A stretch of 64,000 nt of DNA, taken from NCBI GenBank assembly GCA_905178155.1, contig CAJINV010000002.1, forward strand, positions 840,780 to 904,779. The letters run 5' to 3'. Position 1 is the stretch's first letter, and each line of letters opens with the position of its first letter. A program made the translations under genes and the position numbers. This document shows positions 23,209 through 34,995 of the stretch, piece after piece. A model generated the notes under the pieces. That model saw nothing but the letters and a program-made list of their open reading frames with translations. It was not told the DNA's origin and searched no databases. Origin of the DNA: Amoebophrya sp. A120 (lineage: Eukaryota > Protista > Dinoflagellata).

Positions 23209-25019
23209 GTGTTTGGCGTTACATTTTGGTTGAAGAACGAAGAAGAAGAGACGTATTCACTTTGGTTGCAGCACGAAAACCGAATTGGTGGCGCTTGGAC
23301 TTGGAAGGATCGAGGCGCTTAGATAGGTGGTGATTGGCGTTGCCTCTTACCCCAACCCTCGATAGATAGGAGCGGTTTTACATCTATCTTTTCGCAACCT
23401 GGCACACGACTAGGAGGGGGCAGTGTGGTCGCCTCTCCGACGTGAGAACACGCCATTACCCTAAACCCGGTGCTATATACAAGTTTTCTACAAGATGATC
23501 TGTACATTTATTTTTTTTTTGCTCCTACCGACGCTACTATGTATGTAAAGCCCTAAACCCGTGCTAATTACCTTCGTTAACTTTAGGGCATGCCTGATTC
23601 CCGCGCTGCAGAGTTGGAGCATGTGGAAAGACTTTTTTTTGGATCTACAGGACCGATTTCTTTCTTTGTTTTCGCACCACGGCGTCAGTGGTTCTGTTAG
23701 ACTTGTACTAAAGTTTGTATGATCCCTTCGGCTACTGAACAACAAAAACTATACTACTACCCCTGCATTTGATCAACTCTTGCACGCGTCGGGTCATACA
23801 TAGTTATTCTAGTGCCATGGGTCTCCACCGTAATCCATGGTCTTCGTCTCGCCGCATACAAAAAGAATATCACCAACATCTAGAAAAGTTCGTCCCTGAT
23901 CATCCATCCCCCACCGCAGTCCCCGCACGCTTGTTCAGCTTATCCGGCCGCTGCCGCCGCTTGCCGCACTATGCACAGCCTGTTGCTTGCTCATGTAGTC
24001 ATGACCTATCGCGGGATCACACGGGCGCAGGGGCAGTGCAATTAGGTGGTGATTGGCGTTGCCTCTTACTCAATTCCCCGATAGACAGGAGCGGGCTTAC
24101 ATCTTTTCGCAGCCTGGCACACGACTAGAAAAGAGCAGTGTGGTCGCCTCTCTGACGTGAAAACACGCCTTTTCCCTAAACCCTGTGCTATATACGAGTT
24201 TCTACAAGAATGATCTGTAAATTAGTTTCTACCGACGCCACTACATATGTAAAAACCCTAAACCCGTGCTGTTTACACTTTAATTTTTATGACATGCAGA
24301 CTCTCCCGCGCAGCAGTGCTGTTCTACGAAGACTAAATTTACACCGAGGGCACGGAACTATCTACACTTTTTACCACGGCGTCTGTGGTTTTTTTTAGGT
24401 GGTAGCTTTTTTTTTCCCTCGCTTCTGCCGAACTTCAACTTTTTTGAAAAGCGCTATGATCTACTACCCCTGCGTATCTTCAGCACCTGCTGTCGTCGGG
24501 AGAAGAGACGTATTCACTTTGGTTGCAGCACGAAAACCGAATTGGTGTGCGCGTGGTCAGGTTTGAGGCAGCCTACGAAAAAGCAGAAGAAGGAGTTGCA
24601 CGAAACAGACAGTAGTTTTGAAAATAAACCGATCAAGCAACAACGTCCTGGTGCAGTCGAGAGACTTGCGTCAAATTCGCAGAACCACCCGGCGGACCGA
24701 AGTGGGTGCACCCGTCATATCTTCATGTGCATGGGTGCGCGGCCCTGCTCCGAAAATCACACACCCAGTGATGGATACATCAAAATTTCAATCGTCTAGC
24801 ATTATCGTCTTATTAACAGAGACTGGTTGCAAAAATCGTGAAACAGTAGTTTTTGTCTTTTCAGCAGGCGAATGTTTGTATTCTCAAACGATGTCAAATG
24901 TTTTACAAAAGTTCAATATGAAGAAATTGAAATTTGTGTTGTATCAAAATTAGTTTACCAGACAAAGACGTTTTTGTTTTCGACCAGAAGTGGTAATATT
25001 ATACCTGCATGCCTCTATT

Positions 25020-28000
25020 TCAATACGTCCCCGAAGACCGTGGTCCCGCGCAGCAGTTCCCCAGCCCAAAATTCATCGCCGCGCCGATCCTTTCCATAAA
25101 GCAGACGAAGGAGTATGTCATGTGGTCGTCCTCTATCCACAGTAAATTTCCCGTGCACGACGTACAAATGCGGTCTCTGCATGACAAAACGAGGCTTCGA
25201 TCCTGGTTTAGCATGACAAGTGTCAGCACACTCCAACTTGGTGAAATTTGTGACGCATCTTGTACATGTACGGAAAATTTGTATTGCATATCCTCCGCAA
25301 CAGGGACTCGACCACCCGGAGTTCTTGGTGTGGTCCCGTCGTAGTTCAGATAGGAGTGGGAGCCGTCGCGTTCATGCCGTCCTCTTGCGTGTCTAGCATG
25401 CGACGTTCCACTTGTGCGACTGCGACCTCCTCTCGCGCTTGTCCTCGGTCCGCTTCTGCCCGCCTCAACATCATCCGCGTCCGTGTCTTCCGAGTCCAGT
25501 CGATGATGCACGGGTAGAACCATCGTATCCTCCGCCAACGGCTGGAATTTGTAACACCTCACCGGGCAGTTTTTAATCACCATGTCCTCCGCCTTCAGCC
25601 CGGTTAAGTCCATTAAATGCAGTAGCCGGTCCCTTTGGGGACTGCCGTTTTTGTTGTCGTGTTCATCGATCATCTCCGAGAAGGATTTTTTGGTCGGTGT
25701 GGCAGTCCAATCTGTAATAGTATTCGTCTGTGACTTTCTCGCTTTGGCCAAAATCGCTTTTGAAGGGGACGAAATCGGAGCACGAGCTGCTGTTGCACCA
25801 TTACGACCGGAAGTAGAAGAAGAAGACGCGGGCGTCGTCGCAGTTGTGGACGATAATTGCCAAGTACTAGAAGAAGACGAAGAGGCACCGGAAGGCGAAC
25901 TAGATGATCCAGCACCAATTTGATGTTCATGTTTTTCCTTGGAAGGCCGCGAAAGATGAGACAACACCAGCTCTTCTTCCTCCTGTTCCAAAATCCAATC
26001 TTGCACCAACCAGTGGCCAATCAAACTATTCGGCACCGGTTTTCTACACAGTGGACAGGGGACTCGTTTCCTGGACGCAGAAATTTTCGCCAGAACGTCT
26101 TCCAATTTCTTAGGATGCTTCGTACAGGCGGAGGACCGGAAGGTCGGGAGATTGTTGGAAACCTTCTCCACGATGGAATGGATCAGGTTTTCTAAAAACC
26201 CAGGCTCGACCAGGAATTGCGGCATCCGGTCGTCATCGGTAAGGTCGGGGTCGTCGAACGTCATGTGCGTATCAACCGCTTTTGTATGCATGTTGCAAAT
26301 TAATATATCGATCTGGATCTTCTGAACTAAACCTGTGATGATGAGTTCTCATGCGGATGATTGCAATACTTCTACTTGCCATGGCGGTCAAGCATGACAA
26401 CTTCTTTCTGAAACGCTTTCTGATGCCTAGCACGAGTTGCGCGTTCCGTTTTTCTATGACAAAAAAGCTGCTCATACGTCACTCTTGCTGCTCATGCAAC
26501 ACAGATTTCAATTTCTCAGGAACTGCAAGTATCCCTTATGCGCAGTACAAGTTCCGTTCTTCCAGAACCAGACATATTTCTTGCACTTGATATTCTAACG
26601 CCCGAATCCTGCGCTCTTGCTCCGTGGGTGCAGTCGCGGCTCCAGAATGCCCGCTGGCACGTTCTTGTCTCGGCAGAAGCTGGATCCGAAGAAGCAACTC
26701 CCCCAGCAGTTGATGGTAGTCTCGATTTCTCTGCCGTTTCGCTAGCGTTTGCCGGACTCTTTCTTCCAAATCCAATCTCGCGCTAGCATTATCACCACTA
26801 GTCGCCGCGCCGCTCGGCGGTCCCCCGCCCCACATCAGGTTCAGAACGGTCCGAAACGCCGAAGATCCCGCGAAGATGCTGGTCTCATTCGATGTTCTAC
26901 TGGTTCCCTGATCCGTGAATTCGATATCATCGTTGTTCCGGTCCCAACTCCCCGGACCGTACAACATTTCATGCCTCCGCCGCTCGTAGTCGAGGATCCT
27001 GGGGATTGGTACGGTGGCTAAAATTGTCTGCGTTCTCCTTGTTGGGAAACCGCGTTCATGCGACTCCTCGGACGGTGAGGGTGTTCTTCTGTGTCGAGGC
27101 CTTCTTGTTCCAGAGCCATGAAGATCTTCCCCGTTAATATCGTCCCTTCTCCTCGCCGTGAAAAACGGGTTGTCATACCGGTCGATTTCCGCTAGATTTT
27201 GATTTTCACCACCCCGCAGCTGCTGCACCGACCGGGGGTCGATAACAGAGACCAAAAGCATCATATGGTCGTGAATTTGTCTCGCTGGGTGGAGGATAGC
27301 GTCTTCAACATCATCTGCTTCATCCCGGTGTGCTGTCATTGTTCCAGTTGTCGCGTTGATGTACCGGGCCGCGCCTAAAAGATTCGCCAACCGCTGCTCC
27401 CGGTCGTTTCGATCGGTAATTTGTGTTGCGGATAATCGTTGTTCTGCTTCTTGTCGTTCTTCTTCGTCCCTTCGCTGGTTCTGCGCTGCGAGTTGTTGCC
27501 GCTGCCGCCTTCGCCATCCGCTCGTGCGAGCACCACTACTTCGTGGCGGGAATAATGACCCTCCTCGGTCGTTTTGGTCTCTCCGACGTCGTCTTTCCGG
27601 TATCGGGAGAACTAAATCCTCATTATCCTGCTGGTCGTAGGGTCTGGCCAAGGCTGCTCGATGTCCCCGTGGCGGACCGCTGGTTGGCGTTCCGACATTG
27701 TGGTCCATTTGACCGTTTGATGTTCTCGCAGTGGAGATGCGCATCCTTTGTCCGTTAATGAACTCCTCGTAAATCGCTTCCATGTCATCATGTGCGGAAT
27801 TCACCTGTGTTTGCTGCACTGCCAGGCTCGGATCCCGCTCGCAGTGCTCCACCAACTGGCGGAGACAGGATAGGTGAAAGCGATGCTGGCAGACGGGGAG
27901 CTCACCCCAGGCGGTGCGTTTGTTCCTGCTGGATGAGAGAAAAGCGTCGTCTGCTGCTGCACCAGCTGCAGTGCAGGCGCAAAACGACATTGCGGCAGCA

Positions 28001-28803
28001 GGGTTAGATTTCTCGTCGAAGCCCTCAAGGCAGAGTGCGCAGAAGAATTTATTGGAATCGATGTCCGGGCTGTTGTCGTCGTCCATGTACTCTTCTTCAA
28101 CATCGGTGCTGACCACATGAGCTCCAGAGCACCTCCTGCTGCCTGTTTCTTGAGGCGGTGGATTATCGCCCTCTATGCTTTTCCAGCTGGGGCAACTTGC
28201 CAGGCAGGTTCGCAGGCTCTCTCCGCTGCGGTCCAACAAAGCTTGCTGTGCACGCTCGTGCAACTCGCTCAAAGTGGCACTGCTGGAGCTCGATGATGAT
28301 GATCCGGTCGTGCTGGTGGACCCCAAGGCAGGATGTCTGCTTGTCTGTCGTGTAGACAAAACCGTCGCTTCACGAAGCCCAGTCGTGGAACTGGAGGATC
28401 CACCATACCCAACAGTTGGTCCACCTCCGCGTGGTCCGCCTACCCCGAACGGCTCGTGGCTAGACGAAGGTCCGCTATGAACGTTCCCGTGAAGATTACG
28501 GCTCGAACTTCCGCTCGTGATGGACGTCGGTTGCACGCCCGAGGACCGTGGTAGTCCTCCGGAAGGCTGCTCGGCTGATGAGCCGCTCGATGTTGGATTA
28601 ACAACATCCACTCTCGGTGTGCCAATGTAGAAGTTTTCAGTCTGCCTCCGACGCTGTTCACCGTTTGATGTGCGACGGCCCTTTCTTTTTGACAGAGACA
28701 AACCAGCAACACGTTGCACGTTCCCAATGTCGTGGGTAGACCAAGGCCGTAAAGAGATCGTCCAAGCAGCGATAGACACGCACGACGACAACAGACGAGA
28801 CAT
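25020..28803 (-). CDS. Large RING-finger-type protein (split RING-H2-like), 3 exons
   Basis: CALC...CQHRFHLSC in exon 1 and CPLCR in exon 2; frame restored across elements 26285-26592 and 25134-25290; hydrophobic N-terminus. Confidence 0.7.
25134..25290. mobile_element. Introner family F, opposite orientation to the 12257 copy
   Basis: TIRs, direct repeat TCCTC. Confidence 0.88.
26285..26592. mobile_element. Diverged family A-like introner
   Basis: Degenerate TIRs (…CTTCCAGAACCAGACATATTT…TTGATA) and degenerate flanks; frame RALE|AVDTH restored. Confidence 0.65.
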
Positions 28804-29944
28804 CTTTAACTCCTGCGCTAAGCTACAACCTCAACCCGGCACGGAGCCCATCTTCTACCGCAAATTTGGTGAACTTTTGTACCACTTGTACCACACGCAC
28901 ATCTCCATCTTTCACCACGACCGACTAGGAGTAAAGATTACGGGCCAGTCACACTGGTGCCAAGCGACAGAACACGCACACGTATTCACCGAAGACGATG
29001 CACTTCAACGGTAGATCTCACAGCACAAGATGCGGGAGATTGATAATCTCAGCCGAGTAGCATCTCCCATGCTTTTTTGACATTCTTATGCACATATCCA
29101 GACGATGGCACAAATCATTCACGTCTTTGCAGCTGCTTTGGGTTTTTTCTGCTAGTGCTCGGAATGACTTTTTATCCTCCTCGTGGCACCACCTTAATAT
29201 CAATATCTGGCTTATCTTAATAGCGACAGTGCTATATCATGCGTGAGACCACGGAAACTGTGAATCTGAATTTCTAAAGACTACCGGAATGTTGAGACCG
29301 ACACCGCGAAGAGATTGAGATAGCAGCAGTTTCTTACAAACCAAAAGAGGTTCGCATATGGAAAATATGAACAAACTTAGTAGACAAGGCTATTGTAAAC
29401 TATGATTTGTCTCGCTCAAACGCGTTTGTGCAAATTGGAAAAGGTGCATTTTGATGAAAAGATAGAACTGAACAGGGAATACTGTTTTGAAGATTCTGTT
29501 GAAACTTAATGTAGTTTGATTAGGTAGAGATTTTGCAATTGTTGGGTAGAAAGTTTTAGCGTAGAAGGTTGTTAAATAAATCTGATGTACAAATTTCGTG
29601 TAAAACCTTGTGTGTAAGTATTGGATCCACCTGGATTCAGCGATAAGGGACTATCTCTGCTTCCAAGTTTTCTCCGTGTTCATCCTAGTACTTACAAATG
29701 TTGTGTCTGATGTTATTCTCCTGAAACATTGTCTGATTATTCCGATTCCTATTGTCTGATTCTTATCGTAAAAAAGTTAATATCTCGTAGTTGACCGTAC
29801 TAAACCTGACATCGTTGTTCACAAGCGTAAACTACTGCTTGAATGTGTTGCGAATCTTACACTAATCTAACAGCCCGCTCTCCTTCTAACGGAATGCTTG
29901 GTTCTAGTGAAGAAATTTCACGTTCATCATGCGCAGTTCGTAGT

Positions 29945-31991
29945 TTACTCGGCCTTGGCCTCCTCAGCCGCTGGCGGCTCGGGCATCTTCAAGCCGAGCA
30001 GTTTCTCGTACAGCATGACCATGCCGACCTTGGGCTCGAAGTCCATCGTGGTGGCGCCGGCCTCCTCTCCGAGCTCGCCGGTCCAGAAGTATCGAACGAG
30101 AGAATTTGTAATGCATTTTCGTTTTGAACATACACAAAAATGACTGAGATTTATTGTAGTTCACGCAACGCAAAATCTGGGCTCGACAGCAGATTCCGAT
30201 TACTTCTCATGCAAAGGCAAGATTCTAAGTCGATTTTGTCATGCAGCAATGCATTCCGTTTCCGACCAAAACGAAAAGTTTGCATTCTCCTTTTCATAAC
30301 GCGCCGGACACGATCAGGCCCTTCTCCTTGTTGACGGTGACGAGACCAGATTCGAACGGCAGGACTATGGAGGTCTCAAACGTCACATGCTCAACTGTTA
30401 CATGACTTTGTGATGCAAAAATAGCAAGAGTGGAAGGGGGAAGATTGCGCGTCTTGCAATACAGGTTTGGCACAGATTTACATGCTGTTTAGCCCTTCGG
30501 AAATTTGTCATGCGAAGCAGCTTGATGGTGTAGATGCTGGTGAGAGTTTTGCATGACAAATCGTGTAAGAGTTGAGCATGTAACGGTTGAGAACGCCATA
30601 ATGACGGTCGGGGTCTCCTTCGGGCGGGCCGGGGCCTCATCCATGGTGCAGGCGGGAAACGGACCTGTAGAGTTTGGGGTGTGTATACTTACACTAGGAA
30701 CTACACTGGCTCTGCCATGCAAAAATCCGCATTACAGACTTACCAACCTGCTTTTAGCATTTCTCATGCAAGACTGAGAACAATTTTATCTTGAATCAAT
30801 GCAGTCAAGCATGACAAATAAATACCCATGGCCGGGAGATCCGCCTTCATCAGGCCAATGTTCTGCTGGGTGAACACCTTGTAGACGACCTCGGTGTGTT
30901 ATGAAAACGAAAAATGCTTGTGCTGTCACCATCAGTTTGTCATGCATAACTCGCAAGACGGATCTTGGTTTAGTATTTGTGTTGTGGATTTGCGCAACAC
31001 AAGTTTGTTCTCAACGCCGCGCTCAAGTTAGAAGCACATCTACCAGCAGCTTGTGATGCGTAATTTCAATCAAAAGCTAAACTCCTCATGCTCAGCACAC
31101 GAATAATGATGGTGATAACACTTTTCTTCCTTGTCGTATGTCGGTCTCGGACACGAAGGTGATCTTGTCAGCGGGGCAGAGGGAGACCCAGTCCGGGAAG
31201 GTGCCCTTGTAACCAGCGAGCATGCCGGACATTTCCTCGATCGAGAACTGGAGTTTGTGTATGTGATTTAAGTTTCAATTCATCATGCGAGAACAGCATT
31301 ACGCTATTTCGAAATCTAAATCTGTCATGCACACATTCGAAAGACAACCATCTGTCATGCGTCGTTGTACATACCAACCATTTATACTTTCGGTGCGCCG
31401 GGTGGCGACATCCAGGCGTCCTCGGTGCAGCAGGACTTCAACACTTCGGCGATTTATGAAATGGAAAAGTGGATTATAGTAGTTTCTCATGCAGTTTTTT
31501 GATACAAAGTTGTACCCTGTCTTGGTACTCTCACCATCACAGATTCCTGTCACTCATAGACAGCATTAACACCACGTCTGCGCAGGAGCTCAATTTGTCA
31601 TGCTGAAAAGGAATCATGTCAGCACCTGGTCAGGCTGGAATAGCAATGGAAACTACTCGTAAAGGTTCCTCAGTCCCATACGTCAGCCATGTTGACGAAG
31701 GCCTTCACGAGCAGGGCGGAGTGAGCGTCGGTGACCTGATGATGTTTTGAAAAGTTTGTATTTGTGATGCAAGACAGCGATTTCTATCGCAATTTCTCAT
31801 GCGCAATCCTGCATTCACAAAACATAACAAGTTCAATCTACTTTGTCATGCAAAACACACAAAAAGATCCATCTCTACTATACCTTGCCAGCCTCCATCT
31901 GAGGCGGGGTAGCGGTCTCAGCCTTCGGGGCCTCAGCCGCCGGGGCGGAATCAGCCGCGGGCTTTGCTTCTTTGCCACCACAGGCACCCAT
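29945..31991 (-). CDS. Small multi-exon protein with a predicted N-myristoylation/palmitoylation signal (MGACGG)
   Basis: Short GC3-rich exons: MGACGGKEAKPAADS...EAGK|VTDAHSALLVKAFVNMADVWD...YKGTFPDWVSLCPADKITF...EVVYKVFTQQNIGLMKADLP...KVGMVMLYEKLLGLKMPEPPAAEEAKAE*. The first intron is GT-AG; internal structure only partly resolved. Confidence 0.65.
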
Positions 31992-32809
31992 TTTTGTTTG
32001 CTTTGTCTTCGAAACAAGACGAAAAAAAAAAGTTTTTCTTCTGCTACGGTTGGTTGATTGGAAGGAGGATGTTTTGAATTTGTATGTACTGCCCTTATGC
32101 AGACAGAACGAATTTAAGTTTGCGATGTAGACTACTTCAGCGAAATAAATGGAGGGGGGGGGGGCTGTAGTTTGACGGGCCTAATGTACTTAATGGTTGG
32201 TTCCTGCTCATGATGGGGTAACAAATCGTAGAGATATCGGAGACGTAGTGCGACGTTTAAATTCTGAAATCACGAATATTCCCCAGACGATGTTGTGTGT
32301 TTGCATCCCTAAAACTTCTCAAACACATGAACTCAACTTATCGCTCAGAAAAAGGAAAGGCTCGCTCTAAATACCTTGCCAAACAGTCTGATTGCATAAA
32401 ACGAAAACTTCTCTCCGTCTGGCACACTCCATAAAAAGGCTTTGCTCACTCCGGCAAAAAAAACCCAGAAACACACCGAAATTTTTCGGTTTTTTTCCAC
32501 CGACTTTGACGGGAAATTGTTTTTCTTTCTCACGGAAGCTACTCTGCACGAACAACTTTTACGAGTGCGTGGTCTTCAAAATTGCGTCTAAATGACAGGG
32601 AAACTGTTTGTGAGTTTGCGCTTGTAGTCAGTACATACAGGAGTTGCAATTGCGTCTGTAGAATTGTTGCAGCTTCTGCCCATCATCTGCTGTTCAATTT
32701 CTTTTGTGAACATGTCGCTATCTGTCATTCTGTCCGGCAAAACAAAAACTCGCCATACAGGACCAAGCAGTCGCGTTTAGAATTCTTTAGGATGGTTGCA
32801 TCTTCGGAG

Positions 32810-34173
32810 GACGCGGATGGTTGCATCTTCGGAGGCTTCATCCCAAAATAAAGTTTTTCTCCAACACAACCCGGATGACACCGCTATTGCTTTATCGAAG
32901 GCAAGAACTACCTCTGTGGTCGAACAACTTGAAGATGGACGAGAACATGGGCGTGAGGTGGATCAAGAGCACCTGGTGCACGACGACCCCCGTGGTACTA
33001 GCAGGAGGAGAACGACAGCTTCTCAGGACGACGAAACGATCCCAGCAGCGGGAGTAGATGTAGAACCTCCAGAACCTCCGGGTCCGGCGGAAATAGTTGT
33101 AGAAGAGCATCCCCCTCAACCTCAAGGTCGTGGACACGAACAGAACCTGAACTTTTTAGAACAGAATCAGAAACAAAAGCAGGGCAAAGACGTAGTAGAC
33201 CTGTCGCCTTCTTGTTGCGGCGATCTATTAGGAACAGCTCCTGCACAGGATGATCATTCTTCGCACCAACTAATCGCGTTCCGGAACAAGAGCCATGTAC
33301 CTCCCCCACCAGCTGCGAAGAAGTCTTCAAATGATGGTGATAATAAGTCAGTAGGTGGTCTCGGTCAGGGTCGTGACGTGTCGAAGAAGGAGTTGGAGGC
33401 GGTCCAGGACATCCAAGTATGCATTGCAATAAAAGCATCCTACTCCTGTGTACAAATTTTCGCATATGTAACAAATTTTCTCATCTTCAAGAAAAGTGCT
33501 GCAATGTGCTATGCTAGATCAGGTAGAAGATGAACAAGTAGATGAGTACAACTTCTGCGATTTATTTTGGTACGAGTGCGATGCTTTATGCTTTTGCAGT
33601 GGATACACGGCGCTCCTGCTGAACAATACTTGGGGCGCTCCATCGCAAGAAGGTTTGTCGCTCGGACCCCTGCATGATTTCGGCTACACCTGCGGGTGCG
33701 AGCATGGCTTTCCGGCGACCGGAGCCGCTTGCACGGAACCACACGGAAATATTTGTGCCTCTTGCCACGACGAAGGCACCGTCAACTACCTGGCCAACAA
33801 GATTTGCTACCCCATAAACCACCCGCGGCCGAAGGCCGGTCGCTGGCTACCGGACACGGATGACCTGTTTCAGAACCAGAACATCCAACCTCTTCCAGCT
33901 CACATGGAAGACCCGTGCCGGTACGGAAAAGATCAATACGGAAAAACGGGCACCCGCGAACACTGGCAGACCCTGGAGGCGGGCGTAAGAGTTCGTGGGA
34001 CGAGCGTTCGCAAGAACAAATGGGCCTGGCCTGGTAATGATCATCTGAATCTGGAGGACTACCTCAACGATGTGTGGGAGGCGAATCAGGTGTGCTTTGG
34101 TGGTTGCAGGTGTCCGGCAAAACAAAAACTCGCCATACAGGACCAAGCGGTTCTTTCTTCTGCTTGCAACTAG
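32810..34173 (+). CDS. Hypothetical protein with a Cys-rich (EGF/furin-like) module; the only clear plus-strand gene
   Basis: ORFs 32796-33533 and 33496-34173 join (DIQ|ALLLNN) across a family C element; motif CGCEHGFPATGAACTEPHGNICASC...C. Confidence 0.6.
33418..33605. mobile_element. Diverged introner family C
   Basis: TATGCATTGCAATAAAAGCATC ... TACGAGTGCGATGC...TTTTGCAGTGGATA; flanks degenerate. Confidence 0.7.
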
Positions 34174-34995
34174 CATTTGATTTCATCGGGTGGTCTCGTG
34201 AGTTATTATACTTACGTTTACTTCGCTTCTTCATGTTCTTTTCCCTTGTCGGTCTAGATCTTGTTGTTCTGGGTATTAAATCGATGAGTGTAGTAGCTTG
34301 TCAAGAAATTATGCTAGGTGGTGGTCGTACTAGAGGCGATGGCATTGAAAATGGAAATTTGATGTGATGCTAGTTTTCAGCTTCTATCTACAGCCCGATT
34401 AAAATCTCAAAATTGTAGCATGCACACCAACCACTGCGCTACTCCTCCCCAGGAAAGAACCCCAAGAGTAGACCCTCTCCAAAAGTAAACCTCAACACAA
34501 TAAGCAATCTCATCTTCTCGAACAAGAAACCACCCACAACGCTATACGCTCGCTGCACTCAGAGTAGCGGTCCACTTCTAGACTCAACATCGAGCTCAGA
34601 AGGCATCAACCTGCACTGTGTTTATTTTCGCTTGTTCCGTTTGCTCCAAGCAGCACACTAGAAAGAACATCACGATCACTTCGCGTGGCAGGACAAGGAC
34701 TGCTCACGGAATAGGTCGTGGTCGCGGCGCCAACGCTGATACAACTTCAAGACTTCTTTTTGGGAGAATGGGTAAGTATCAAGAGCCACATCTGGAGGTG
34801 GATCCTACTAGCAACAACGTTTACTGCGTTACATCATGTTTGGATCGTTTAAATGCTTTACTCTAATTCATGTTCTTCATCGCTGTACTCAATCTACTTA
34901 ATTCTTTGTTCGTAGAAGTCTTCTGCGACCGCTACGCACCTGTTTTCGTTTTGGTTTTCTATTTTGCTCGCTATACCAAATCATCATGTTCCTTG

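Larger units (their letters stand above)
19290..24550. repeat. Repeat-rich non-coding block with dispersed motif GAAGAGACGTATTCACTTTGGTTGCAG and two duplicated segments
   Basis: Motif at ~19321, 20799, 21921, 23250, 24507. Duplications ~20350-20470/21347-21470 and ~23323-23766/24043-24472. No long ORF. Confidence 0.8.

Noticed and set aside
19321-24528. Functional SL RNA gene cluster
   Set aside because: Only 14/22 identity to the canonical SL and no GT donor after the 22-mer; kept only as a hypothesis.
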